From Octopus vulgaris (lineage: Eukaryota), in assembly GCA_951406725.2 (NCBI GenBank), contig OX597836.1, forward strand, positions 35,340,001 through 35,404,000: a stretch of DNA of 64,000 nt, in the 5' to 3' direction. Shown in pieces: positions 24,815 to 38,656 of this stretch. A program made the translations under genes and the position numbers. Each line of letters begins with the position of its first letter. Position 1 is the stretch's first letter. A model generated the notes under the pieces. It made no database searches, was not told where the DNA came from, and saw nothing but the letters and a program-made list of their open reading frames with translations.

Positions 24815-25904
24815 CCTTATAGCCCTTAGATGCTGTCAACTGATGGATTTGTACCAAAAGAAATCATCTAAATGCATTGAACAAGAGCTAATATATAGAT
24901 GTTGATGTTTGTTGCTTGATCCCAATTTGGAGCTGATTGGAGTGAGAAGATATATCGTCAGCGTCCTTACAACCGTAACCGTTGCTTCTTATTTTTAGAT
25001 ATAGCGTATAGGGGACTAATTCATCTAATGCTGTGGTTCTCAACCATTGTTTACCTATAGACACCTTCAACTCCTATTTTACATGGGTGAGCTGCCATTG
25101 CCATTTAATGTTTGAAGACAAATCTCATTATACTTTTATAATTAGATATTACTTGGGATTGTATTAAAAATGTCAAGATATTTAATGTATTGTAGAACCA
25201 ATTTATTGCACATAAATTTTAACAGCAAGAGTAATGTAGATACCGGTTGTAAAACTGATCTAATCTGTCGTTTCTTAGTTTTAAGTCGGTAGGGTGAGAT
25301 TTGAAAATGATTTAATGGTTGCTAAATCCAGAACTTCAAATGATGCAGTAGGCTCCAGAGAGGGGCTTAGCCGATAGATAAATTAAATTTATTTGTGAGC
25401 TCTCATCTAATTAGAAGCATATTTACAAATCAATTAAGAATAATCAGTATTAAAACTTTATCGAAATGATCTAGATCAACAAGGTGGGGTTAAATAGCAA
25501 AGTTAGTGCTGCGATAATGAATCTAAGTGTCACTGATCGACAATCAAATGTCATTGTCCTTCCGGGAGTATTTGAAATATCTATAAAAATTGTATAGGAA
25601 TGCAACTTGGCCTTAAACCATCAAGTAGTATATAATTAGTTGAAACATCTCGTATGTCATTAATAATAAAGGTTTCAAGGATAAAGTTAGAGTTTCAAAC
25701 AGTTAATTAAAATAGTAATTTGTACTGGAGCAATAAGTTCAACGTAGCAGAGGGTTAAGAATTTTGCTTCGCAAACAAAGACTTGCGCGATCGAACTAGC
25801 TGCATAGCATTTTAGGAAAATATTTTCTATGTAACCTCGATTGGATCGATACCTTGTAAGTATACTTCTACACTGCAGTATCTATCTATCTACCTACCTA
25901 TCTA

Positions 25905-26091
25905 TCTCCCTTTTCTTTTTTTCCCTCTCTCCCCCTTTTTTTAAAAATCCTCCCCTTTTTTTGTCCCCTTTCTTTCCTTTTACGATCCCTTTTGATCGAA
26001 AACCAACCCCCATTTTTTACCCCCAAAAGAAAAGCTCTACCTTGTAATTTGTTCTGTCTGTGTGCAGCCCTGTGTGGCTAATAAAGAAACA

Positions 26092-26092
<1 letters not shown>
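25905..26092 (+). mobile_element. LINE 3'UTR copy (same family as 18112-18562) in (ATCT)n
   Basis: ccttttacgatcccttttgatcgaaa..aaaagaaaagctctaccttgtaatttgttctgtctgtgtgcagccctgtgtggctaataaagaaacata. Confidence 0.8.
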
Positions 26093-26144
<52 letters not shown>

Positions 26145-26146
<2 letters not shown>

Positions 26147-26333
26147 TATATATATATTAGAGGGAAACCACGATGTGGACACCCATATGCTAGAAATAGA
26201 TCCGCTACGATCTCACCACCAAGAAATGTTTAAATTATTCTTGAGAACAATTCTTTGTGGTGAGACCGTAGCGGATCTATTTCTAGCATATGGGTGTCCA
26301 CATCGTGGTTTCCCTCTAATATATATATATAAT
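26145..26333. repeat. Near-perfect palindrome with about 80-bp arms
   Basis: tattagagggaaaccacgatgtggacacccatatgctagaaatagatccgctacgatctcaccac ... gtggtgagaccgtagcggatctatttctagcatatgggtgtccacatcgtggtttccctctaata. Confidence 0.92.
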
Positions 26334-26428
26334 ACAGTTTTACTGAACCTTCAGTTTTTTATGCTAGACCACTGGTGTGAAATCGATGTCAATTAAATTA
26401 ATATCTAATTTCTCACCCTTATTTTAAA

Positions 26429-26529
<101 letters not shown>

Positions 26530-26767
26530 TTCTATAAGAGAAAATGAGGTGAACGACATTCTTTACTTCATGTCATTACAATTGTTTCCACACATCGTTA
26601 CACATGCACTACACTGGTGTGATGATATAATTAGAATACTGCGTAATCGCTATCATCCATCACAAGTTTAGTGCGTAACTTCTGGTGATTATTTTAAATA
26701 AGTCCTTCCTCAGACCCCAGATCATACTGCTATTTTACTCTGTACGAGAATGGATAAAAAAAAGTGA

Positions 26768-26809
<42 letters not shown>

Positions 26810-26928
26810 TCTACATTGCATATGATTTCGGCTTGAATTCAACATAATATTGATATAGATACCAAAACTAGTAAGAATGCATGCAAGAGGGGTATGTGTT
26901 CATATATGTATATATATCTATCTATCTA

Positions 26929-26970
<42 letters not shown>

Positions 26971-27243
26971 GGAGTATATCCAAACTTACAGGGAAAAATT
27001 AGATATAGGATTAAATCAAATTTCACAGTATAAATATAAATTAAATTAGAGATAAAACCACTATTTGAGTTGCCTAATAGTGGACATAAACCAAAACATA
27101 AAAAACAAAAAATAATTATAATTAATATAATATACAAAATATAAAATTTAAAATTTAAATTATTGAAATTTTAAATTTTTTAATTTTTTAATTAAAATTT
27201 GTAAACACTGTTTGAGTTGCCTAATAGTGGTTTTATCTCTAAT

Positions 27244-27315
<72 letters not shown>

Positions 27316-28280
27316 ATACACTATCTTGTATGTGGGTATATGAAACAAGATATATGCATGCGGTGGGCCTATTAACTTATTTTTCTAAATGTTTCAGAAA
27401 AGAATATGAAAACTACATAGACATATATTAGCATTGTATAGAGGCAGATTTTGGTATGTCCTGGAACCAAATATTTTGTTATAACGGGGAGAGGGTGCTT
27501 TAGCTCCCTTTCCAATAAGCAGTGGATAACAACGGAAATGGACAGTCTTTATCATGTTATAACATCGTTATCTCTAAATTCTTAATTCCATTCTTTTTCT
27601 TCTGAATGATTTGACCACGAAGACAGAATTCTAATTTTGTAGTTAACTTGATATGGAAGAATTTTAGAACTCAATGCTTTGGGTACCCATTCCTCTACAG
27701 AGTGAAATGACAGTCTGATCTAATGAAGAACGTATTCAAAAGAATTACCCGAAGAAACCCCACGGTGCCACGCAATGGGTATGAAACCGAAACCATTTGT
27801 TTGGAAAACAAGCTTCTTACCACACTGCCCTGTATGTCTATATATATATCTGCTTGTGAGCATCATTATGTATGTGGTTATGTTTAACAGAGTTCAAGAA
27901 ACAGCGTGCCAAATGCTTAACTTATTCACTAAATAAAATGTAGATTAATAAGAACCAGTTTCATACTGTACAGAATAACGGAATCGATATCAGAAACTAA
28001 AAAGCCTTTGAAGGCGATACCGACCCTGAATAGTTGCAGTCCAGTGACTAGAAACCATAGAAGAATAATTGATTTAAAAGAATTCGTTCAGAGAATTTGT
28101 AAAGTTTATCATATAAGTGTTTCAGACAATGCTACTGCAAACTTAGATTAGAATTATTTTCCTTCCGGTGATTTGGTCAACTCAAAGCCAATATTTAATT
28201 AGAAGGTCGCCGAGGTTATCTGCCGTTTATTATAATATAATTGTGCAATGACATAATAGAATTTCCACATAGCGACTTAG

Positions 28281-28295
28281 ATAATAATAATGATG

Positions 28296-28362
<67 letters not shown>

Positions 28363-28370
28363 GGACAATG

Positions 28371-28412
<42 letters not shown>

Positions 28413-28484
28413 TATCGATAATAATAAGGACAATAGTAGTAGTAGTAGTAATAATAGTAAAAAATAATAATAACAACAACGATG

Positions 28485-28539
<55 letters not shown>

Positions 28540-28560
28540 CAATGATAATAATAATAACAT
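28281..28560. repeat. (AAT)n microsatellite
   Basis: Directly visible. Confidence 0.95.
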
Positions 28561-28799
28561 TGATAGTTATAATATGACTAATATTAGTATGGTCTTTAGT
28601 ATGTTCAATTGAAATCGTTTGAATATTGTACAAATGCAAATGTTAGCACATTTAAACAATACAATTCAATGTAAATTATGTATAAGTTGCTTTAAACTAA
28701 ATAGACATTTTTAGCTTTAACTTGCGCATGGTTATGCGATTTAGAAGTCCGTTTCGAAACCGTGTGTTTCTCCAATTGATACCATAGTATATCACTGTC

Positions 28800-29048
28800 G
28801 CCAACGATTAAAAAATGCGGACGCCGAAACTGTGGAACATGCACCAACCTAATTGAAGGCTCGTATTACCTTTCTAAACAAGGAGCGAGGTTCACAATTA
28901 AAACCAGTTTCACTTGTGTCTCTGAGAACTTAATTTATGTAATAACTTGCTCGGGTTGTAGACAACACTATATTGGACAGGCAAGTATGTCTTTGAGACG
29001 GAGAATCCCTGTACATAAACAGCAGATCCCGTTCCCGCAATACAAATT
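28800..29048 (+). pseudogene. Penelope GIY-YIG fragment (partial duplicate at 30775-31019)
   Basis: Open frame PTIKKCGRRNCGTC..FTCVSENLIYVITCSGCRQHYIGQASMSLRRRI.VHKQQI; same family as 24050-24445. Confidence 0.88.
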
Positions 29049-29364
29049 GATATCACAGTATATCACTGTCTTTTATAATAATTTGGTGATGAACAATGTA
29101 CCGAGCTAGATGAAAACCTGCAGACGTTCATTTTATGTATATATACGTGTGTGTGCCTGTATCAATGCGTTAAATCATGAATCTCAATACATTTTTGTGT
29201 CTCTCAGTTCTTACATTCTCTCTTCCATTTTTTTCCTCTCACTCCTTTGTCGAAGAACGTAGGCTTGAAATGTCAAGGATTTTTCCATGCTCCCTGAGCG
29301 TCAAACTAATACACTTCCTTGTACTCCCTCGCCTCTCTTTGTCATTTGTTTCTGTACATTTAAA

Positions 29365-29414
<50 letters not shown>

Positions 29415-30161
29415 GTATGCATAAGTATATTAAGTATATAATCTAAGTTATAGAACGAAGTTCGACAAATTCGATCATATTTTCATAAATGGAGGAGATT
29501 AGATGTTAATATGATATAAATTATATATATGCAATCTTAAGAATCTTGAGTTGTCAAAGAGTACTCATCAGTAGCACAATAAAAAGAAAGCTTAAAGAAA
29601 ACGGAGGACTTTAGAATTACATGGGTATTGTGTTCTTACGAAGTTTTTCTTTAAAATAATTGTTCTAAGAGTCATGTCTATTTAAAACGCGACTAACGGG
29701 TAACGGTTAAGTGATGATATATACAATAGAGATATAGTAGTTGACGTTATCTCTATAGATTAGTGTGAATAAGCTAGTTAAAATCTACATACAGGAGGAA
29801 ATAAGCATTTGGTATTGAAATACCAGATAAGGAAGTACGAAACTTTTAAATACAGGAGAATGAAATATATATATATTTGATCGTTTATAATCAATACGGC
29901 TTTTTGTAAGTATAAAAAGTGTTTATGGTCCTCATCAATGGTTAGTGGTGTATAAAATTTGTAATAGTAATTTTGAGTAATAAAAATGTCAGGAAAATAG
30001 GAGGTAATTTACGGACGGTTGATACGGCCTTATAAGAAAAGAATAAAAATTATAAGGATAATAAATAAATATATGAAGATTCGGAGGTATTTTTGTTTAC
30101 AATATCCGCTGTTAAAATTTTAAAACAACTATGGAATGGTACATAGAAAAAATATATATAT

Positions 30162-30321
30162 AGGCGTAGGAGTGGCTGTGTGTTAAGTCTTACGAACCAC
30201 ATGGTTCCGGATTCAGTCCCACTGCGTGGCACCTTGGGCAAGTGTCTTCTACTCTAGCCTCGGGCCGACCAAAGCCTTGTGAGTGGATTTGGTAGACGGA
30301 AACTGAAAGAAGCCCGTCGTA

Positions 30322-30386
<65 letters not shown>

Positions 30387-30610
30387 ATGTGTGTGTTTGT
30401 GTGTCTGTGTTTGTCCTCCCAACGTCACTTGACAACCGATGCTGGTGTGTTTATGTACCCGTAACTTAGTGGTTTGGCAAAAGAGGCCGATAGAATAATT
30501 ACTAGGCTTACAGAAAATAAGTTCCGGGGTGGATTTGCTCGACTAAAGGCGGTGCTCCAGCATGGCCACAGTCAAATGACTGAAACAAGTAAAAGAGTAT
30601 AAAAGAGTAT
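30162..30610 (+). mobile_element. SINE family A, full length
   Basis: High identity to other copies. Confidence 0.92.
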
Positions 30611-31316
30611 CGAAAAGATTAGAGAGTAATTTTGGAGTAAGTAAATATCAAATATTGCCTAGTGTAGGGGAAATAATAAGTAAAAAATAGAAGATAAATA
30701 TGGGAAAAATGGTCTAGTTTATATCTGCTAGGAGTCTGGGAAAAATTTAAAATATCGACATATCGGTATATGTCTCGTATTACCTTTCTAAACAAGGAGC
30801 GAGGTTCACAATTAAAACCAGTTTCACTTGTGTCACTGAGAGCTTAATTTATGTAATAACTTGCTCGGGTTGTAGACAACACTATATTGGACAGACAAGT
30901 ATGTCTTTGAGACAGAGAATCCCTGTACATAAAGAGCAGATCCCGTTCCTGCAATACAAATTGATATCATAGTATATCACTGTCTTTTATAATAATTTGG
31001 TTATGAACAATTTACCGAGTTATTCCAAAAGAATTTTACTTGTGTCATATATAGTGATACACATGAAGGTTTTTGCATGTAGATAATGGTACAACTAAAT
31101 AATCAAATATAAAATAAAAACCCAGTGTCTGTGTAAGTAAAACAACGATTATGTACATATGTTTGCGTATGTACAGATATACAATGTATACACTGACCTC
31201 GAAACATACGATAATGCATATATATATATATATATATATACTCTATAGACGACAGCAACAAAGAAACAGTCTTATGCACTGAACGCCTGTATCCATGTAA
31301 CTCTTATGTACATAAA

Positions 31317-31469
31317 TGGCTGTGTGGTAAGTAGCTTGCTTACTAACCACATGGTTCCGGGTTCAGTCCCACTGCGTGGCACCTTGGGCAAGTGTTTTCT
31401 ACTATAGCCTCGGGCCGATTAAAAGCCTTGTGAGTGGATTTGGTAGACGGAAACTGAAAGAAGCTCGTC

Positions 31470-31519
<50 letters not shown>

Positions 31520-31574
31520 GTATATATATATATGTATATATGTATATGTATATATGTATATGTATATATATATG

Positions 31575-31605
<31 letters not shown>

Positions 31606-31744
31606 ATGTTTGTGTGTCTGTGCTTGTCCCCCCATCATCACTTGACAACCGATGCTGGTGAGTTTACGTCCCCGTAACTTAGCGGTTCGGTAAAAGAGAC
31701 CGATAGAATAAGTACTAGGCTTACAAAGAATAAGTGCTGGGGTC
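31317..31744 (+). mobile_element. SINE family A, 3'-truncated
   Basis: High identity to other copies, with an expanded internal microsatellite. Confidence 0.9.
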
Positions 31745-32427
31745 TCACAATTATATAAATGTCTCACAATTATACCAAAAATGTTTTATTATAGAAAGTA
31801 ATTAACAAACGTAAAATGCATCCGATTTAGAGCGATATCATACACACTTATAAGTTTAATTACTGCAAAATTATAGGTCGATAAACAATAAGGCAAACAT
31901 TGAAAAGGTAGACTAAAGTTTTGTACAGACGAATTATATGTAACTTATAAGTATATTAACTTACTACACCTAAAACCAAAATAAAGTGTTATGTTATGAT
32001 ATAATATAAATTTTTTAAAAAAGCCTAAATAAAACGGCGAAATCCTTTGTAAAATGTTTGAAATTTTAATAAGCATTCATTGAAAATTGGATAAAGAGAA
32101 GAAAACATGAAAATACTTTCATTTTAATAAACCATTATTTGTCGTAATACCGACTATTCCTTGTGGATATATTTAATGATTTTGAAAGCCTGCTTCAATT
32201 AATCTCCTCATTTACACGAAGAAACCTATGCAATAAAAATATAACCACACACATCATAAGGTAAATTTTGTTTGATATTTATTACCTTCAGCGTAAATAG
32301 TACTTTGTATATCAATCTCTTTATTCTGAAACTAAATTGACTTTCATCCATTTTTAAGATGGTGGCAGTGTGTGCGAAATTTCAAGGATATACTGTCGTT
32401 TATTTTAACACATCATCTATTATTATC

Positions 32428-32561
<134 letters not shown>

Positions 32562-32641
32562 CATTATTGTTGTTATTGTTGTTGTTGTTGTCGTCGTCGT
32601 CATTATCATCATCATCATCATCATTGTTATTATTATTATCA

Positions 32642-33010
32642 TTACCTCCGCCTTAGCGGAGTTATTGTTTTCAGTCGTGTTTGTTTGTTTCTTTGTTTGG
32701 CCGTGGTCAAGATATCTCAAGAACCGCTGGATGTATTCAGATGAAACTTTCTGGGATGTTTGACCTCATGACCGGCGCGAACTGATTAGACTTGGGATCG
32801 ATCCGGTACCAGACAAGGATTCTGGATTATTTTTCCTGTTTATTTACTTATTTACTTTTGAGAGCGGTCGGGTTCACTTTTAGTATTCTCGTTTGTGAGA
32901 GCAGTCGAGTGTATTTCAGATATTCTCGTTTTAAAAATCATCTCTGGTTAATCGTTGAGATGACGTTGGTGTTGCCTTGGCAGAGGTTTGCGCTGTCTGA
33001 ATGCTCTTGA
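32642..33010 (+). mobile_element. Helentron-associated (HINE/DINE-1-like) non-autonomous element inside (TTA)n
   Basis: 5' ttacctccgcc with short IR (gcggag), (GTTT)n microsatellite, 3' sub-TIR ccttggcagaggt and terminal hairpin gcgct..aatgc. Confidence 0.72.
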
Positions 33011-33028
33011 TATTATTATTATTATTAA

Positions 33029-33059
<31 letters not shown>

Positions 33060-33096
33060 GTTGTTGTTGTTGTTGTTGTTGTTATTATTATTGTTA

Positions 33097-33200
<104 letters not shown>

Positions 33201-33330
33201 GCAATGTCTATATCTAAATTTTCTGAAAACTTAACAAATTTCAGCAGTAGATTTAGTCCGTCACTCCAAAACATAGAATCCAATTTGCTATGCTATAGAG
33301 AGCCATCTAGACAGGGAAAAGAGGAACAAA

Positions 33331-33383
<53 letters not shown>

Positions 33384-33924
33384 GGCGATACAGGAACATA
33401 TATTTAGAGACATTGTTCGGAAACCTTTTATATATATGTGGGCAGCATCCCTTATTCCGTAATAATTCGCCCACAGGTGTACTTTTGAACTTTCACATGC
33501 TGAACCACATGATCTCCCTTATCGATTACAAAATCGACTACTTAAATACGCTGCATACACAGTTTCTTTCATTTGTAGTTTTCCGACCCAGTGAGTGTTA
33601 AATTTTCTCACTTACTGAAGTAGGAATGTGTCAATAACATCAGAGAACACTTATTCGTGACTGTATGAAACACTTTGGACTATGTAAATTATTTGTAATA
33701 TTAAATTGAAGGATTACCTCGGAGATTTTTAGTAGAGTACACATTAATTAACGTTTATGAAGTCGAAGGCGAGCAAATCGGAACTTCGTAGTTACTTTGA
33801 ATGTTCACCTGGTAAATGTTAACACCCTCCACAAATACGCACACAGACACATGTACACGTGTGTGTGTATATATATGTATATATATATATTGTATAAAGG
33901 ATATATATATGTATCCATATATAT

Positions 33925-34185
33925 ATATAAAATATAAATTAGAGATAAAACCACTGTTATGTAATTCAAACAATAATAGACATAAACCAAAACATAAATA
34001 ACAAATAAAAAATATCTTTATAAAACATATAACTAGGTCACAAAAAGTATAAAAATAAATAAGCAATATATAATTTTAAAAAATCTACGTATGTTTCATG
34101 GCTACAATTAAATTCGAATTACAACTCAATTTAAATTTAATTGAAATGAATTCAATTTAAAATTATAGTCAATCTTCAGGTTAAC
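33925..34185 (-). mobile_element. Penelope pLTR-like repeat with decayed hammerhead core; related copy at 27030-27250
   Basis: aaattagagataaaaccact..gacataaaccaaaacataaa shared with 27040-27100; the minus strand has CTGAAGA..hairpin..GAAACATACGTA. Confidence 0.55.
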
Positions 34186-34369
34186 AATAATAGGTAAATA
34201 AATAAGCAAAATATTTTTTCTTATAGAAGAAACTCCATTAACTAAATTTGAAACTTAAAACATTAAGATCAGTTTCCTACAACACATTTAATATTTAATA
34301 TTTAAGGCAAAACATGTATTTATATTATATAAAGGATATATATATATATATATATATTGTATAAAGGAT

Positions 34370-34760
34370 CGTGGGTAAAGCCAGAACAATGCGAAGTAAA
34401 TGCAATGTAAATCACAAGAAAGCAAATATATGAATTAATGTAGACTTACGTTGCATTCAGAGAGGACGTATGTTGTATACGAGATCATCTGTCGCAAATG
34501 TGGCACATCCTGCATAGGAAGCAGAACAAGAAAACTGCATATACGCATAAAAGGAATATATGGAAGGCAGGCAACTTCCGTGAAGAAAGATCTACGGAAA
34601 TGCAAGACCCGGGAATTCACAGTGCAAATCAGGGCAACACAGCCGAACAGTGGAAAGCTTAGAATCTCTGAGGCCATCCTCACACACACACGAAAGAAAA
34701 CCAAAATATCAACAACGGAAAAGAGTTACAGGAAGCTAGCTGGTTGCTATAGCAACACCT
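34370..34760 (+). pseudogene. Degenerate Penelope GIY-YIG C-terminus (second family)
   Basis: YVVYEIICRKCGTSCIGSRTRKLHIRIK..TSVKK.L..C..F.VQI....KLRISEAI. Confidence 0.75.
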
Positions 34761-35233
34761 TTCCGCGCATGCCTGCTCCACACACGCTCTCACACACGCA
34801 TATTGGCAACATTCATTAATTTCTTGAAATTAACCCCAAAATATTGAATGCAATAATTTATATGTTTGTTTTCTTCTGATTTGCCTTGCATTTACCGAGC
34901 ATTGTTCTTGCCTTATCCACGATCCTTTATACTATATACTCTACACAATGCTTTATACTATATATATATATATATACACACACGAGTAAATTCAATCACC
35001 ACACCAAAGTGGCTGTTCACTGTTACTACTAATTTAACCCAAGGCAAATCTTCTGCCAGTTGATTATCGGTGCGATGCTGCACCTTTTATATACAATATA
35101 GGATAACCAGCTGGCAAAAGATCTGCCTGGGGTTAAACTAGTAATAAAATGGAACAGCTACTTTGATGTGGCGATTGACTTTACTTGTTAGTGTAGTTAC
35201 TACTCTGATCTCTTGTTGAGATTTTACAACTAG

Positions 35234-35269
<36 letters not shown>

Positions 35270-35368
35270 ACGTGTGTGTACGTGTGTGTTTGCGCGTGTG
35301 TATGTGTGTGTACTTGCGTATGTGTGTGTGTATGTTATCTTAATAATAATATCTATATTTTCCGCAAG

Positions 35369-35412
<44 letters not shown>

Positions 35413-35444
35413 CATACACACACATACACGCACACACACGTACA

Positions 35445-35476
<32 letters not shown>

Positions 35477-35486
35477 AAATATATAT

Positions 35487-35604
<118 letters not shown>

Positions 35605-36188
35605 CACCGTCTGCAGACACGTCTACGCGGTATCGATACACTTTGTTGTGCAACTCGCCAACCGTTTCTTTTGCAAAGGAACCTTCAATGTACTCCACCA
35701 AATAATATTAGCACTTTACACAGACTAATACCGAATGGAATTTGAAGATAGTCGAATAAGTTTAAAAGAAAATCTTTTAGATTTATTCAGTAGAGGGAAA
35801 TGCAAATTTGTTCGTTTAAGCAGTGGCCCATGAACGATGTCTTTGAACAGATTGCGGTGTTATTTCCATGTGGAATAAAACTTGGTTTTAACTTGATTTT
35901 GCATATTTATTTTCCCAATTCACAATAGAAGTCATTAATCCTAACCCTGCTCCACCAAAAGCGCATGATGAACGAAATTGCCTCTATGTGGTCTCATGAC
36001 AAAATGGAAATAGCAGTGTTGCTGAATATAGTTATATTAAATACCATACAACAGGAAATCTTTATTTATTAAAATCATCTCCGCTTGTTGATGGTGTGTC
36101 GTAATTATCAAATAGAATCTAAGGCAAGCTTCACTTGAGGAGGGGAGATAATCGGCAAGATTTATGCGTTCTCCCAAATTATCATACC

Positions 36189-36973
36189 TATTTCTTTACT
36201 ACCCACAAGGGGTTAAACACAGAGGAAACAAACAAGGACAGACAAACGGATTAAGTCGATTATATCGACCCCAGTGCGTAACTGGTACTTAATTTATCGA
36301 CCCCGAAAGGATGAAAGGCAAAGTCGACCTCGGCGGAATTTGAACTCAGAACGTAGCGACAGACGAAATACCTATTTCTTTACTACCCACAGGGGGCTAA
36401 ACACAGAGAGAACAAACAAGGACAGACAAACGGATTAAGTCGATTATATCGACCCCAGTGCGTAACTGGTACTTAATTTATCAACCCCGAAAGGATGAAA
36501 GGCAAAGTCGACCTCGGCGGAATTTGAACTCAGAACGTAGCGGCAGACGAAATACCTATTTCTTTACTACCCACAAGGGGCTAAACACAGAGGGAACAAA
36601 CAAGGACAGACCAAGGGATTAAGTCGATTATATCTACCCCAGTGCGTAACTGGTACTTAATTTATCAACCCCGAAAGGATGAAAGGCAAAGTCGACCTCG
36701 GCGGAATTTGAACTCAGAACGTAGCGGCAGACGAAATACCTATTTCTTTACTACCCACAAGGGGCTAAACACAGAGGGAACAAACAAGGACAGACCAAGG
36801 GATTAAGTCGATTATATCGACCCCAGTGCGTAACTGGTACTTAATTTATCAACCCCGAAAGGATGAAAGGCAAAGTCGACCTCGGCGGAATTTGAACTCA
36901 GAACGTAACGGCATACGAAATACGGCTACGCATTTCGCCCGTCATGCTAATGTTTCTGCCAGCTCACCGACTT
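36189..36973 (-). mobile_element. SINE family B tetramer (184-bp period) within one 16-bp TSD
   Basis: Junctions at 36187, 36371, 36555 and 36739; TSD cccaaattatcatacc at 36173-36188 and 36976-36991. The central motif gtcgactttgcctttcatcctttcggggtcgataaa resembles the Meta-domain as I recall it. Confidence 0.93.
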
Positions 36974-37431
36974 CCCCCAAATTATCATACCATTAAAGAA
37001 AAGTCTGGCGATATGAACACAGTCATGGACACCTGTTTCTGCCTGAAAAGCTGTCATTAGCACCACGGTTGTCTGATCGTTGCATAAATTATGCAAAAAC
37101 GATCGAAGAGAAATATCACGGGGTGGTGGGTAGTGGCATATATTTGAACAACTCAGACAAATGCAGGTATTTCAAATATCATAGAGCATTACACAACACA
37201 TCTTTTAGAAAAAAAGAGCACACAGAATTATGCTGTATCATGTAGTATAGATATATACTACATAGAATTATGTAGAATTTGGTACCCATATCTGATGGTT
37301 ACTGGTTAGACACCACGTTTTGATATACTAAATATGATGGTTATCGGTCACCAAGAACGACACTGACAACAACAACAACAACAACAATAATCAACAACAA
37401 CAAGAATGAACAACAACAGCAACAACAGCAA

Positions 37432-37625
37432 CTGTGGGTGCGCAATGGCTCATTGGTTGTGGCAGCGGACTCGAGGTCGTAAGAACGCGGCTTCGATTCC
37501 CAGACCGGGCATTGTGAGTGTTTATTGAGCAAAAACACCTAAGCTCCACCAGGCTCCAGCAGGGGAGGGGTGAACCCTGCTGTACTCTTTCACCACAACT
37601 TTCTCTCACTCTTTCTTCCTGTTTC
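37432..37625 (+). mobile_element. SINE family C head and body, diverged, after a (CAA)n tract
   Basis: gtgggtgcgcaatggctcattggtt..cttcgattcccagacc..actttctctcactctttcttcctgtttc. Confidence 0.82.
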
Positions 37626-37931
37626 TGCCACAAAGCAGAGGAACCATGGTGTAACCCACTATGGTGAGGTAAACTTTCAGACCCTAGTCTAGATTGCGAA
37701 TCCTCTGTACCCCAGGATGGTTCATCTCTCCACCCGTTAAAAGCCACCGTTTACGGAATGAGCATAACAACGTAGCTTTCGCGCCCGTGCAACCGCCAGT
37801 CTATCGCCTGTGGTGGGTGGATCTTCAAGTGGCCACACGCATTCTTAGCAGCTTAGAGTAGAATCGAATTAGAGATTATTCTTTGCGACTAATGGCGTCA
37901 GTCCTGATTGGAAGAAGACAACAGCAGCAAA

Positions 37932-37978
<47 letters not shown>

Positions 37979-38656
37979 CAACAACAACAACAACAACAGT
38001 AACATACTCTATACTTCATACTAATATCAAGTTTTGGGCTCAGAGTTTTAAGCATCATATATTGTTGCTGTCTAACCCTGGGTAAACCCTCACGAAGATC
38101 TACGATGAAAAGCAGTCTAGTCGTGACCTTCCCGTATTCTATTTCTCAGGTGTAGTGCATGCATGACGTTGTTATCAATATTTTAGATTTTGTAAAACAG
38201 TAAGTTGTGATTTTATGAAAATTTAGCTGCTGTTTCATGCGGGTCGTGCGGTCAGAAACAGATTTCTTAGGTTTATGTTATATTGAATTAAACAACCACA
38301 TATTCGCGGACATTAAATCCGATAGAGAGCTGTCTAAGCAACGGAAGTAGATAAATATTTAATTTTTATACGAGCCACACAAGGAATCTCTACTAGGCCT
38401 CTCGGCCTTCAAGGAAATTATAAACAATGTTCTCTCAAATCACTTATTACTCTCTTTGAAAAGCCATTGGAAAGCAGTGCCTAAAAGGTACACTACATTA
38501 ATAATATAAGACAGTGCGGTGGTGGTACGAAAACCTTACCTTATATTTAAAAATAAACCCCAGATCCGATCTTGTGTTGTCCCCTGTTTGATAAATCCAA
38601 CAACCAATACTTCTCCACCCACGAAACATTCTCATCAATATTATATAAATTACGGG

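Noticed and set aside
36189-36973. Regular repeats that could suggest a CRISPR array
   Set aside because: Units are near-identical 184-bp SINE bodies with no unique spacers, no cas genes and a eukaryotic context.
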